Of a stretch of 64,000 nt of DNA, positions 1-13,453 are shown one piece after another (positions within the stretch are counted from its first letter, which is position 1; every line of letters starts with the position of its first letter). Both the position numbers and the translations under genes were made by a program. The stretch lies in assembly GCA_032718475.1 (NCBI GenBank), contig JAUCBJ010005572.1:1-64000 (forward strand), given 5' to 3'. This DNA comes from Nemertoderma westbladi. Lineage: Eukaryota; Animalia; Xenacoelomorpha. Under the pieces are notes generated by a model. That model saw only the letters and a list, made by a program, of their open reading frames with translations. It was not told where the DNA came from and did no database searches.

Positions 1-1
1 C

Positions 2-559
2 TGCTAACTGTTTACTGAAGTCGTCTTGCTTCTCTTGAAGATTTTCCAACTCCAGTTGGATGATCTCTTCAGCCGCTTTTCGTTCTACTTCCGCCACTGC
101 TGCCGCTTTTGCCTCTGCTGCTGCCGCTTTTGCCTCTGCCGCTGCCGCTGTTCGTTCTGCTTCCGCCACTGCTGCCGCTTTTGCCGCTGCCGCTGCCGCT
201 TTTGCCTCTGCCGCTGCCGCTTTTCTTTCTGCCTCTGCCACTGCTGCTATCTTTCTGTCTTCTATACGCTTTTTCCTTACTTGTTCTTCCCTTTCTCTAG
301 CGATGCGGAGTTGTTCATCGAATTGAGCTTGGTTCGCCGCTAACCTATCCACATCAATCGCATCTAACACAAGTTTGGCTCCTTCGCTATTAGGGCTAAG
401 TCCATCTAGTCTTCTCCGCAACTCTTCATCACCTACGAAACGCTGATAGTCTGACAGATAGATGTCAATAGCATCTCTCTTATGCGGTTTCTCTGCTGTC
501 ACTTCGCTCTCGGTTGTATCTAGTAGACTGTCTGACAGGTTCTGCTTTGCGTCAGACAT
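2..559 (-). CDS. 5' part of an ORF running off the window edge; charged and Ala-rich coiled-coil protein, probably Gag/ORF1 of a retroelement
   Basis: Manual translation from ATG at 559: MSDAKQNLSDSLLDTTESEV...EQLRIAREREEQVRKKRIEDRKIAAVAEAERKAAAAEAK...LQEKQDDFSKQLA, with no stop before the window edge (so missing from the ORF track). It is preceded by a long repeat-rich leader. Confidence 0.55.
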   Translation of the reverse strand, partial: MSDAKQNLSDSLLDTTESEVTAEKPHKRDAIDIYLSDYQRFVGDEELRRRLDGLSPNSEGAKLVLDAIDVDRLAANQAQFDEQLRIAREREEQVRKKRIEDRKIAAVAEAERKAAAAEAKAAAAAAKAAAVAEAERTAAAAEAKAAAAEAKAAAVAEVERKAAEEIIQLELENLQEKQDDFSKQLA

Positions 560-689
560 GCTTATGTGTACAGTTGAATGTCTACTGCTGTATTACAGTC
601 TAAGCAAGTCTAGTAATTCAGTATTAACTGCTAGCCTAGTAATTAATTACCGATACTGCTACTCAGTGTAGCGTGATATATATATAATA

Positions 690-1065
690 TATTAGAATAC
701 CGGTATGCTTATAGTATATATAAGTATTATTACAGACTAGGTTTATCTCAGAATACCGGTATAATTTTAGCACAAATATATATAAATATATAACAGGCCT
801 ATCGGAATACCGGTATACAGCTCACAGTTTGTAGCATATATAATTCTGGACTAGAATTAATTACAAGTACCGGTATAATTTCAGCCTAAATTTATAGAAA
901 TAAAGATAATAGGCCTATCGTAAATACCGGTATGCAGTTTACACTTATAGTGTATATATATAAGTATAATTACAAACTAGAATTAATTACAGAATACCGG
1001 TATGATTTCAACCTAAAATTTATAGAAATAAATATAATAAGCCTACTGTAAATACCGGTATATCA
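690..1065. repeat. Degenerate AT-rich tandem repeat built on a TACCGGTAT core
   Basis: TACCGGTA(T) recurs about 7 times at 55-65 bp spacing with similar flanks. Confidence 0.7.
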
Positions 1066-2058
1066 ATTATTTTAAATAACTGAATTTCTGAATTTCAAGG
1101 GTTACTTGTTACTTTACTTACTTTATTACCGTTATTTGAACAGTAGTCCAACTGATATTGGGACCTAATGGTTGTATGGTAGGCCTACTATTTATAAATC
1201 GTTAGATTTGATTTATAATATATATTTATACCCGTTTGAATGGGTTTTGTCTATGTTTGAAATAAATGTTATTATTTCTGGGGAGTAATCACTACACAAA
1301 GCGGTGCGCTTTCAGTGAAGTGTTACGTATAGGACACTAAAACAAATAATTCTAATTTACCTAAGTTACTTAATACTACAGATTACGTACAATTCGGGTT
1401 GAGATTACAATCTCTAAATAAACACAAAAATTTACAAAAACACAAAATACGAATTTTTAGGGTAATTTTACAAGAAGTCTACAAACCAGCCTAACAAAGG
1501 GTTAGAAAACCGGTTATTACAACGGACAGAGTACTACGGTATTTGAAATAATAAGTAGTAGTAAATACACTGCGTTGTCTAGATAGGAAAATACCACCGC
1601 CTGACGACCTATAGCCGTATCGCTATAGGTTCTACGTTATGTATCACGGAGTGTTCCTACCTAGAAGTTAATAGAGCTAATCGAATGTGCCTATCAACCA
1701 CTTTACAACACAAATATAATGCCTACACTAATTATTCTCGGAAAGCACTGTACACTAAACCCTAAATTAGGTACGAGTACTTGTACAACAGATAATCAGT
1801 AATTAAATATACTTGAACAGCTAAAAGAACCACGGCATCTGCTGGAGTGACCGATGCACAAAATCACCAGTCTTTACCTACGCCGAGCAGCCCGTGTAGT
1901 ACCGGGGTTAATTTAACTATAGCGGTATGTATAACAAACACAATTACTGTAGGAACAAACTTGGGGAATGAATGTTGCGGATAATCGCATAAACTCTGAA
2001 TAATAAATATTACGCTACGCGTACAAACTACTCAAACAAAATACAGACCGAACACTGA

Positions 2059-2570
2059 CAGACTACTATCAAGCCTAAACAAACTACGGTATATGCAGAC
2101 TCCGAAATGATTAGGGAGTATGCGCTCTAACCCAGTAGTGCGACTTATTCTTTAGTTGGGGGATTACCTTACAGCGTTCGCTGCCCCTACTGCCTAATCG
2201 TACTTAATCGGACAGATGATCTACACACGCGGCAATCCGTTCAGACCTAATAACAGCCAGACAACTATCCAGCCTACAAATTATCTAAATAAAATTATAC
2301 GCTACCCGTACAGACTTACACAAACAAAGTACAGACTAAACGATGGCAGACTACTCTCAAGCCTAAATAAACTACAGGACATGCAGACTCCGAAATGATT
2401 AGGGAGTATGCGCTCTAACCCAGTAGTGCGACTTATTCTTTAGTTGGGGGTTTACCTTACCGCATTGGCTGCCCTTACTTCCTAACCGTACTTAATCGGA
2501 CAAGGGCTCTACACACACTGTAACTCGTTCGGACTTAACAGCAATCAGACAACAGCTCAGCCTACAAATT
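2059..2570. repeat. Direct duplication, period about 288 bp
   Basis: CAGACTACT.TCAAGCCTAAA...ATGCAGACTCCGAAATGATTAGGGAGTATGCGCTCTAACCCAGTAGTGCGACTTATTCTTTAGTTGGGG occurs from about 2059 and again from about 2347. Confidence 0.85.
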
Positions 2571-4164
2571 GTCTGTACAATCTGATCAGGTTTACACGCC
2601 TTCTGTTCAATACTGGCCTACAAACAAATAAAACTTGACAGAAATAAGTAGAAATCTCAATAAAAAACCAGGGCTGCAGTCCCTGATTAATTATTAAGGC
2701 CTACTGGTATATAATTATCAAAATCGAATAATACTGCTGTACCTGTACTGCTGTAGGTACCGGTCCGGGTAGTTAGGTAGTCAGGCCTACTGGTACCGGT
2801 TCTGGCAGTTGGGCCTACTGACCTACAGATGTACCGGTTGACCGGTACTTTCAACTTTATTGCTTACTGCAATAAAGAAGCTATATCCTTTAATGTTCGC
2901 GCTTTCAGACCTTTGGCAGTTTAACCCACCAAATTAAGATGTCTTCTAGATATTAAATCTGTTTTTAGTCTATGACAAGTATTTGATTCACTACACTAGT
3001 CGAAACCAATCCGTGCGCGACCATTCACCCGCTGGAGATTCCCGGGAGATTGGGTTCGACGGTTTAATTTTGTTGCTATGTAAGCCTAATGTATTATTCG
3101 ACTGACTGTATTATATAATCTCTGACAATATTATTCACCTTCGGGAATATTAACAGTTCCTTTAGGACGTGGCGCTTTATCTACATAAACAGAGTTATGA
3201 CTTAAACTACTCACAACGATATGGCTTAATTATAATTCACATATATGGCGCATTCTTTAGGAATGCTTCTTTAACAGACTCACTCATACACAATGCTGCA
3301 CAATACTGCACACTAATCTGCCAATCTTCACTGATTTTAGTCACATATAAAAGGAACACAGGCTGACTCATGTAGGGTCTATCAAATAACATTAGATTCA
3401 CTTCAAACCACTTTAACATAAGTCACAATCGTTTATCTGTAACCCTTCTCTCTTACCTTCGGTATATCAAGAATATTGGGTTTCGGGGTTGTTTATCGTT
3501 ATTCCAAATATAATAATTCATCAACCATATTATGAAGAACTGACGGTAAATAGCAGTATAAAACAACAATGAAAACACTGATTGCTATGAGTTTGCAATG
3601 TTTCAGCAGTCAGCATGTATGATCAGTTAGCAGTAGTCTTTAGGTATGTAGTCCGCAGTGAGATATTTACAGAGTGATATTTATCAGTTAAAGGATATAT
3701 GCCCTTTATAATTAAACCTACCAGTGTACGACTAAAAAACAGTACAGCACAAAATACTTCCAAGCCGTTCTTTCTTTGGCTCAAGACTGAATGTAAACAC
3801 TGCACATAGGCATTGCGTCATTTCTCGGAAATTTTCTGTACAAGGAGCCACAAAAACGCTCTCATTGGCTGACTGAACTGAGAGACGCCGTAGAACAAAG
3901 GAAATCAACACGTATGAATGTCAGCTGTTAACCGTAGTCATAGTAACTACTGTTCAAGAGTAGCTATCACCCCTTTGCGTCACGAATTGCCATAGAATCA
4001 TAAAATATGCCTTTCACAGTACACATATGGAGGAAATAGGTCTTAGATCCTCTAAAAACACCGATACAGCAATAATACGGTCTCTTACACTTATTAAATC
4101 AACTACAGAGTATTTTAATGTAAAAGATAATAAAAATAACGGGGCAATTCAGCAAAGGCTTTTA

Positions 4165-4749
4165 CAGATCTCATGGTCAGCCATACACAGTGTCGGCAGA
4201 CCCAGCTACATAGCGCCCTCAGACCCCACCGTCAACCATGCACAGTGTCGGCAGACCCAGCTACATAGCGCCATAAGATCTCATGGTCAACCATGCACAG
4301 TGTCGGCAGACCCAGCAACATAGCGCCCTCAGATATCATGGACAACCATACACAGTGTCGGCAGACCCAGCAACATTGCGCCCTCAGATCTCATGGTCAG
4401 CCATACACAGTGTCGGCAGACCCAGCAACATAGCGCCCCCAGATCTCGCGGTCAACCATACACAGTGGCGGCAGACCCAGCAACATTGCGCCCTCAGATC
4501 TCATGGTCAGCCATACACAGTGTCGGCAGACCCAGGTACATAGCGCCCTCAGACCTCACCGTCAACCATGCACAGTGTCGGCAGACCCAGCAACATAGCG
4601 CCCTCAGATCTCATGGTCAACCATACACAGGGTCGGCAGACCCATCGACATAGCGCCCTCAGACCTCATGGTCAGCCATACACAGTGTCGGCAGACCCAG
4701 CTACATAGCGCCCTCAGACCTCACCGTCAACCATGCACAGTGTCGGCAG
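4165..4749 (+). repeat. 55-bp tandem satellite, about 10.6 copies
   Basis: Unit CAGATCTCATGGTCAACCATACACAGTGTCGGCAGACCCAGCAACATAGCGCCCT; the same family occurs inverted at 41610-42112. Confidence 0.95.
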
Positions 4750-5697
4750 CCCCGCGTTTGATGAAAGTTATTGGCTGACCACATCACAACGTATATTCTC
4801 ACCAGCAGTTTGCTACATTACAATGTTGTGAACAGGTAGTCCCCCGGGAGAAAACAGTGCCCGCAATCTTCAGAGGGCGTCAATGCAGGGTGATGCAGGG
4901 TTTTAGCAATGAGCAACATCATAGGCAAAGTTGTGATCCTATATAGTTAATAACCCTATAGGCCATCATTAGGCAAAGTAGTCTTTGCTGACGACTTCTC
5001 TTGTGCTCCTCGATAAACCGTCATCAGCATATGGTTGACATCGCTAGCGCGTTGCAAAAACTCGATAAATTTCAGTTCTAATCCTATCCCACAGAGGTAC
5101 AATGAGTCCTAATTTCAATGTGCCCCCCCCCCCCCCCCATCCTACTGGCCAATAAATATAAAAATACAGAATAGGATGGATTTTTCATTTGGTATGCCAA
5201 GTTTGTAATTTGGGAAATGCATTCCTACAGTAATGAGTTTGCTTGTAATCTTTACTTGAAAGTTGAAACAGTTGAGTTTTATTGGCAAACTAAACAAACA
5301 GTCTGCGACAGGAATTATAATACGCCGATTTTACAATATGATGAAGCTACAAAGAATTTAGGCATTGAACATATTATATTACCTCACTTATTGGTGTGTA
5401 ACATCGAATAGCCCCATAGTTTTTTTACACGGAAAAGGACAGGCTGTTACTGTAACCTCGTGCTGTCCAGCACGAGGCCAGATTCAGGGGATAACAGCTA
5501 GTTACATAACGGTTATCTATCCAGACTAATGCGTTTCCCCGAGATCCACAACTCATCACGAACCCTTTGCCCCGTTCTAACTTCGGCTTCAAGAACTACC
5601 AAAAGCTGGGGTTCTAGGCCCCCCAACAGGTCGTCTTAGCCAAGATCCCCTGACACGCAACGAGTTTCTACGGTATTTTTCCATGGAATCTGTGTTA

Positions 5698-5929
5698 TGC
5701 AGAAATGTGTCAACCCCACACAACACCATTTCGAGAAAATTGAGTTTGAAGTTCCTGACCACAAATCAAATCCGGGCAAGTTCCCAGATGAAGAGAATTA
5801 ATACTTTCGGACTGTTTGATGTAAACTTAACTGTTTGACAGTAAAGTATTGTTTGTTTGATATAAATTAATATGATCCCTTCAATTATTCTGGAATTATG
5901 AGCATTTTGTGGCGTAACACATTTCTGCA
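5698..5929. mobile_element. Possible degenerate MITE
   Basis: Imperfect terminal inverted repeat TGCAGAAATGTGTCAACCCCACA / TGTGGCGTAACACATTTCTGCA. Confidence 0.4.
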
Positions 5930-6323
5930 AAATTGTTTTTGTTCATTAGACATTTTGTTAAAACATGTTAAACCACATTTTCGGTTTTTTTTGCTGTTCC
6001 CAGTGACTTTAACACTGCTAACTTAGCAATCCAAAACCCAGTTCCTCCACCCCCGTCCGTACTATTATATTAATGACAAAAAATTGACTTTTTATTTCCT
6101 TGCATTGTGGTGTACTAATGAGTAATCTAAGGTGAAGTAACAAAAGGCAAAAAAAAAAATAAAGAAAGATGGATAGCCCTACACAAAGACGGTTTTATGC
6201 CTGGGTACACGCATTGATAAATGCACCCGAAGGACTAGAAGTTACATACCCATAATTCATTCCGAAACGACCGCAGATGGTGTGATTAAAAGTATAGTTA
6301 ACCGCCATATGAAAGTACACGAA

Positions 6324-6823
6324 GTGGGGACTTCGCGCAGCACGAAGTTGGCAGAGCCTTAGCGAATTGACACTGTTAGGGGGTAGGTCAATTTATGCAA
6401 ATAGTCACGTTGGCCCTCTAGCGGCAGACTGGAGAACTGCAGATGGATTCGCCTCCTTTGAAAGTCACAGCTAATGGTCTAATACATATCTGCCAAGTTT
6501 CAGCTTAAACGGATTAAAAGCAAAGAAATGGGAGGGCATTTAATGTTTAGACATGTGGCCCTCTAGCGGGAGACCATTGCACTGATGGTGTCTGAAAGTC
6601 TCTCAAAAATCTCAACTTTTGCTCATATTGATACCTACAAATTTTCAACTTGGCAGCTTTAAATCCGACAAAGTTATTAGCATGTCAAAATCGTAACGAC
6701 GACGACAACGACGACGACGACAACGACGACGACGACGACGACGACAACTATTTGCATAAATTGACCCACCCCCTAACAGTGTCAATTCGCTAAGGCTCCG
6801 CCAACTTCGTGGCTCGCCCCACA
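6324..6823 (-). mobile_element. Non-autonomous HINE/DINE-1-like (Helentron-associated) or MITE-like element
   Basis: About 65-bp inverted repeats (6341-6405 vs 6747-6811) and an internal (CGA)n microsatellite at 6696-6746; related fragments at 43104-43205 and 43817-43865. Confidence 0.6.
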
Positions 6824-8563
6824 ACATGGAGGGACAGAGCAACTACTGTATGACGGAAATAAGATGGAATAAAACAAATTAAATCCATGAGGAACTTACA
6901 CAAAGTAATTTACTATTACAGCGAACAACAACAGTACAATAATACTGACCAGAGAATTATTCGGTGATAGAGACTCTTACTCTAAACGAACATGAACATG
7001 GAAAGTAGCCTTAGAAGTGTCTAGCTAGAGTATTCTGAAAGAGATGGGTGGAGTAATACATACCCCCACATTGCCACATTACACAAACACAATACCTACA
7101 TCTACTGCAGATAGCATTTTTTTCAAGTAAAATAGAAACACAGAAACAACACCGATACAGTAAAATTATTTAATAAATATTTACCGGTGCATATTCAACC
7201 AATTTGAATTCCACACTGTTGGTTTGGAAATAAAATATGGGAATATACAGTATGTCATAAACTAATGCAATGGGTTCATGTAATAGTCCACAATCATTGT
7301 TTTTCTTATAAAAATCATGGCTTTTCTAGTAGACTACATTTAAAAGTTAAGAGTAATGTTGGTTAAATCATTTGTGCAGAATTCATTCTTAGTGCCGCAT
7401 AGGAGAATGTGTCTTTACTGTAAATATCACACGGTCGCATTTCGTAATGACACCATTGTGGCTCTTCCACATTCCCCTTTACACTAATAAGTTTTACACC
7501 TGGCCTACCTATTTACATGTATGTTTACATGTAAACAATGTAAGTTGTAATGTAATTATGCTGTAAGAATGTCAATGTAAGTTACATGTTTACAATGTAT
7601 AAATGTGTTGTACTATATTTTGGGCGTATTAATATTTTGTATATGTGGAACGTATACAATCTACGTCTACGAATAACAATAAAAATAATATTATTATGCA
7701 TATTTATGCTGAATGTAAATAATTGTAATCGGGAATCTTCCATTGAAATAATATTGAAGAAAAACTATCTGGAACAAACACACGCACACCTGGAGCAACT
7801 AAATTCGTATTCGTTTTTTGCTTTTCAAGGCAACATAATTGTGTATAATTTGTTTACTTTTTGGAAAATCATCAATAATGCCAGTTGGGCATCAGTCGAA
7901 TTATTGATAACAACAACATTACCTCACAAAATCTGTCAAAACATTTACTAGCTACTCCCCATGCTCGGTATAATGCAAGTAACTGACGGACCATAAACAC
8001 ATTTTGATGATTTTAACAGTCTACACGGTACATTAGCAAAAATTGTGCAAAACTCTGTTAATTTTTCAGTTTAATATGTAGTTTCAATTGGGAGCCATAT
8101 TAAAGGATGCTAATGGTATAGCCGGAGTCAGTCAGTATGCCGAGGAAGAGGTATGGCCTTGTATCATTACCATCGTCTATGCATGTAATGGGGTATCACA
8201 TAGGTTAATGCACGATATTTAACAAGTTTCCCGACTCTTGGATATATAAATATTGATGAGAATTGAAGTTAAGATACAGAACAACTCATTTATCGAATGT
8301 CAATACAATTTGTCTTAAGCCAGTAACTTTTATCTTTAAACTTTTAACTTACTGTAATTGTGTTTTAATAATCAGACTTCTTAATATCACATTGTCAGGA
8401 GTACATTTTTACAGTACAAGAAACAGATCCCACCCTAAAAAAAAGAAGCCCAGAAATATCAAGTTATTGACTTACCAAATTTTGATGAAAATGCATTAAA
8501 ATTCATAGAACATGATTCAATAATAATAATATTATTTTCAAAAAAAAGTCACAATTTCCCAAG

Positions 8564-8714
8564 TGTACAAAATACAGAAATACAATAGTGTGCTAAAGTA
8601 TGTAATGTAGCCCAAACTACCAGCAACAGAGCAATCAGCAGAGATCAGTACATTGCTGTAGGCCTATGAGTCTGAGTGTGTTGAGTATGGGGCGAGCCAC
8701 GCGGTATCACCACA
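8564..8714 (-). repeat. 3' LTR of the Gypsy element (151 bp)
   Basis: Matches 13284-13453 except for a 19-bp deletion next to the terminus. Confidence 0.92.
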
Positions 8715-8759
8715 CCCCCTTTCTAGCATTGACACCGTAGTGCTGGCAATGCTATCAGT

Positions 8760-11700
8760 CTATAGTCTGCGGGGTGGGCGTCTCACCCGCCGTGGGTAGC
8801 TGCGCCGCGGGGGCTCCACCTGAGTTTCGAGCTCTGGGCTCCACGTGACGGTGCGTGGTGGCCGCGGTGGTGGTGGCGCTGGTTCTGGAGCCAGCTGCGG
8901 TTCCAGGTGTGGCGCCGAGGTGTCTGGCAATAGAAGGCGCCGGTTGCGGACCAGGGTGCGTCCCGAGGGTGTTCGAACCCTGTATTTGCGGTTGGGTGCA
9001 ACTTCCACTACCACACCCATGCGGTCCCAGCGCTTGGTGGTGGGGTGTTGTATGCGGACAGGTGTTCCCAGGGGAAGGGGTGTCAGGGCCTTGGTGCCCT
9101 GGTTGTAGCGCCTGACTTGCGCCGCCTGTAGTGAAGGGAGGACCTTGTCCAGGTGCGCCCGCGTTGCCTGGTGGGTTGCCGCGAATGCCGAGTGGTGCGT
9201 GGGAACCCGCGTCCGCGTTGGGTGGCCAAAGAGGATCTCGGCCGGTGACTTCCCATGCTCCCGAGGGGAGTTGCGGAGTTCCAGGAGCCCCTCCTGGAAC
9301 CGCGGATTCGTTGTGGAGCCGCCGGTCTTGCTAAGGAGGCCCTTGATGGCCTTGACGGCGGACTCTGTGAGGCCGTTTCCCTGGGGGTATTCTGGTGATG
9401 ACGTCACCGGGATTACCCCCCAGTCGTGGAGGAAGTCGATGAAGGAGGCGGCGGTAAACTGAGTGCCGCCGTCGGACCGGAAGTGGGTGGGGACCCCGAA
9501 CCGAACGAATAGTTCCCGTAGGTTGTCCGGAATGTCCGCCGTCTTTGCTGCTGTTGGGGAGGAGGTGACGGGGTGCACCTCGGGCCACCCGGAGTAGCGG
9601 TCGACGAGCACCAGGAAGTCCGTCCCGTTGAGGGCGAAGAAGTCCCCTGAGACTGACTCAAAGGGGCGGGTTGCTGGGGCGTCGGCCGTGGCCATGGGTT
9701 CCTTGGCCTGGCTGGACTGGTGGTCCATACAGGCGCCGCACGCAGTGACGGTGGTCCTGACGTCATTGGTAATGCCCGGCCAGTAGACGCACTGGCGGGC
9801 GCGCCGGAGCGTTTTCTCCACACCCTGGTGCGGCGCGTGGAGTCGTCGTAGGATGTCGCGACGGGACTCCGTCGGGACGACGATTCGTTGCCCCAACAGG
9901 ACGAGACTCTGGTCCGTGGTGAGGGAGTCTCTGATGGACCAATAGGGGGCCAGAGCGCCCTCGTTGGGTTTGTGGGCGGGAAACCCCGTCTCGATGGCCG
10001 ACCGTAACGCAGTGTAGTTGGTGTCGGCGTCGGCTGTCCGCGACAGCGTGAGTAGAACTGGGTCAGCGAGGCGGTCCGACTCGTCGTCGAGTTGGGCCGC
10101 CATGGACGCGGTGATCGAGTGGAGACAGTACGCCATCTCGCCATCGTCGACTACGTCCCGCGGGGAGGGGTCGTCCACGGGGGACCGGGAGAGCACGTCC
10201 GGAATGCGGTGCTCCTTTCCCTTGCGCCACACCATCTTGAAGGAGTAGGGGAGGAGTCGCGTTTTGAGGCGCTGGAGGCGTGTATTGTCGGTTGCGTCGA
10301 CAGTGTAGCGGTCAATAATAGTGACCAGGGGTGGTGGTCGACCACTAGGGTGTACTGTGGGAGGCCGAGGAGGTATAGACGACATTTCTCGGTTGCCCAC
10401 ACTACCGCGAGTAGTTCCAACTCCACCATCGCGTACCGAGATTCCGTCTCGGTAGCGAACCGCGATCCTCACTCCACGACTCGCCAGTCGGCGCCGTGTC
10501 GCTGTAGGAGGGCGTATCCGAGGCCGCGTAGTCGGGACGCGTCCGTTTGGAGCATCGTCTCCTTGGTTGCGTCGTAGGGTGCGAGGACTGCTGGGGATAG
10601 CAGGACGTCCTTGGTTGCCTGGAAGGCGCGCTCGTGGTCCTCGTTCCAAAGGAACGTATTCCTGGTGCTCAGGAGGGGCCGCAATGGGCCCAGGGTGGAG
10701 GCGATGTCAGCTGTGAACGGGGCCAGCTGTTCGACCAGGCCGATGAAGCTGTGGAGGTCGGTTAAGTTCGTGGGGCGGGGGAAATGGGAGATGGCCCGGA
10801 CCTTGTCGGGGTCGGCCTGGATCCCGGTAGCCCCCACGATGTAGCCGGCGAACTTCACAGCGGATTGTGCGAACTGCACCTTGTCCGGGTGGAGAGTTAT
10901 GTGGTGCTCCCTGCACCGCTGCAGGAAGGCGCGGATGCTGGCCACATGTCCGTCGAGGGAGGCGTTGTGGAGGAGGCAGTCGTCGACGACTTTAGCGAGT
11001 TGTGGAAGTCCGAGGAGTGCTTTGTCGCCACGGCGGTTGAACTCGTCCCCGCTGGAGACGAGTCCCATTACGCTCCTGGTATGTTTATACCGCCCCCACG
11101 GAGTTATGAAAGTAGTGTGGAGCTGCGATTCTGGTTCGAGAGGAACCTGCCAGTACCCCGAGGCCGCGTCGAACACAGAGAAGAACTTGGACGACGTGTC
11201 GATGTCGGAGACGACCGTTCTCGGGTTCGGGGACGGGTAGTATGGGCGTCGCACCTGTGAGTTGAGGTGTCGCAGGTCGACGCACAGACGCAACTTCCCA
11301 TTGGTCTTCAGAGCCACCGTCATCGGGTGAACCCAATCCGTAGGTTCGGTGACCCGCTCGATGACATGGCGTCGCTCGAGTTTGTCGAGGAGATTCTTAA
11401 CGTCATCCCGGATGGCGTGGGGGATGGGCCGGGCACCGTTTGCGTGGAAGGGAGTGGCCCCTTCTTTGAGTTCGATACGCATCGGCGGCCCGCTCATCGT
11501 GTCGAGGGGTAGCGAGGCGTTGTCGAAGACGTCGCTAAACTCGGCGAGAAGATCCTCCCAAATCCGCGGAACATCGTCGATGCGGAGATCCGGCGTAGCG
11601 TCGCTGATGGAGGCTACCGGGGCGCCGCCCGGGGAACAGCATCTCGCCGGGAAGTTGGGCGGGAGGATCCCGAGGTTGGTTATCGTCGCCCGAGAGAGGA

Positions 11701-13221
11701 TGAGACCATCGATGTCGGGACAGATATAGATCTCCGTTGTGGCGGAGGCGCCGTCGTAGTTTACCCGCACCGGGAGTCGACCAACTGTCTCGAGTGGGAG
11801 TTTATTCGCCGCGGTGAAGTCGTCGGTTGATCGGTGCGGGAGGAGGTCCTTATCTTCGCCTCCGAGTCCGTGGAAGTCGGTCAGACCCATCATGTTTCCA
11901 GTGGCGCCGCTGTCTGGGAGCGCATGCCGGATAGTCCCGAGTTCCTTGTCCCGGCGGGTGTCATGGAGTCCCACCGTGATGTAGCGGAGGCTGCAGGTAG
12001 CGGGAGTTGCCGTGACGGATCGGATCCCGAGTCGCGGGATGATCGAGGAGACCCTGTTGGGTTTGGGGCCGGGTTTCTGGGTCGCCTTGGTACCCTGTCG
12101 GCAAACCGCCTTAAAGTGGCCCTGTTTACCACAGCCGCGGCACGTGACGTCCTTAGCGGGGCAGTTGGGGCGTCCTGCGGCGTGTTGGCGGCCGCAGTTG
12201 TCGCATCCCTTGGCAGTATCGGGACGGCGGTTGGACCCGCTTCGCGCTCGGCCCTGGTCGTCGTTGCGCGGCCGGTTGTACGCGGATGGGCGTCCGCGCT
12301 TGTAGGCTGACACCTGAGTGATAGGCTGCCCGCCCCCCAGGATCGAGTCGTTTCGCCCACTCGCCTCTACACTCTGGCAGATCCTGACGCAGTCCTCGAG
12401 AGTCGGCTGGGAGAGAACCTTCAGGAGTTCGGTCCGGGTCTTCGAGCACCGGATACCGACGAGGACCTGCGTTACTATCTGTTCGTTGCGGCAGTGGCCG
12501 CACAGTTCCGCGTTGTCGGCGAGTTCCTCCAGGGCCACACGGAAGGAGTCAAAGGACTCGCTGGCGCCCTGTCGCCGATCGTGGAACTTAATCCGGTCGA
12601 TCGCGACGCTCCGCTTCGCGCGGAGGTGGCCCTGAAGTTGGTCGAGGATCAACTCCGGCGTGGTCGCATCGTCGTCGATGTCGAGGTGCAGCGTGACCCG
12701 GATCGTCTCTTGGAGGCCGCTTCCGAGGGCAGAGAGGAGGGCGTACACCTGCTCTACGTTGGGGAACGTCGCCATCTGTTGGCGGTGGGCGTGGACCCAC
12801 CAGGCTTGGCGCCACCTGCGGAAGGTAGCGTAGTCCACCTCGTTGTCGACGCGCTCGAGGCTGGCGATGTCGATGACCCGACGTCTGGGAGCCGGGGCCG
12901 GGTGAATGGGGAGGACGTCCGCGTTGGGGACCGCCGGTGCCGGACCGGGAATGCACATCCCGCAGCCGCTGCGGGGTTCATGGCCGCGAGGAGCTGCGCT
13001 AAGCGGGTGTCGGAAGCCGCTTGTTGCTGCGCGAGGATCCGGGCCAAACGAGCGTCAGAGTCAGCCTGTTGTTGGGCCAGAAGTTGGACCAGATCCGCGA
13101 AAGGTGGCCGGGTAGGAGAGGCCGCCATCGCCGCGATCGTGTCTCCGCTATCTCCGCAGGATGACTCGGAGTCGGAACCTGTAGGTAGCGGGGTAGACTT
13201 CTTGCCCTTTGACTTTGACAT
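8760..13221 (-). pseudogene. Gypsy gag-pol polyprotein, disrupted
   Basis: Zn knuckles CDNCGRQH..C and CRGCGKQGHFKAVC; protease LPDSGA; RT FDAASGYWQV...VVDDCLL; RNase H QTDAS...ELELLAVVW...DH; integrase HAPHQG..C.AC, FRSDGG, NGLTESAV. Lesions: frameshift near 12960, TGA at 10469-10471 (WRVVE*GSRF), frameshift near 10330. Confidence 0.92.
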
Positions 13222-13283
13222 TCTTGCAGTGGGTTAGCCTAAGTGATGGCTACTGAAGGATCAGCACCAACACACATGCACCA

Positions 13284-13453
13284 TGTATGGATATGGATAT
13301 ATCATACAAAATACAGAAATACAATAGTGTGCTAAAGTATGTAATGTAGCCCAAACTACCAGCAACAGAGCAATCAGCAGAGATCAGTACATTGCTGTAG
13401 GCCTATGAGTCTGAGTGTGTTGAGTATGGGGCGAGCCACGCGGTATCACCACA
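13284..13453 (-). repeat. 5' LTR of the Gypsy element (170 bp)
   Basis: TG..CA ends; followed on the minus strand by the PBS. Confidence 0.92.

Larger units (their letters stand above)
8564..13453 (-). mobile_element. Full-length Ty3/Gypsy LTR retrotransposon (Mag/CsRN1-like), inactivated
   Basis: TG..CA LTRs at 8564-8714 and 13284-13453; TSD CCAAG (8559-8563 and 13454-13458); PBS TGGTGCATG directly after the 5' LTR; PPT AGAAAGGGGG (8715-8724); domain order gag-PR-RT-RH-IN. Confidence 0.95.

Noticed and set aside
26-343. Plus-strand Cys/Arg-, Ala- or Leu/Pro-rich ORFs
   Set aside because: Antisense shadows of the low-complexity minus-strand ORF.
4165-4749. 55-bp and 19-bp arrays as CRISPR
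   Set aside because: Head-to-tail repeats with no unique spacers, no cas genes, and a eukaryotic context.
10469-10471. TGA as programmed readthrough or selenocysteine in RNase H
   Set aside because: It sits where a Cys codon is plausible, but the element has other frameshifts; a nonsense mutation is simpler.
8783-13237. Many overlapping short ORFs on both strands
   Set aside because: Expected by-products of GC-rich gag-pol sequence.
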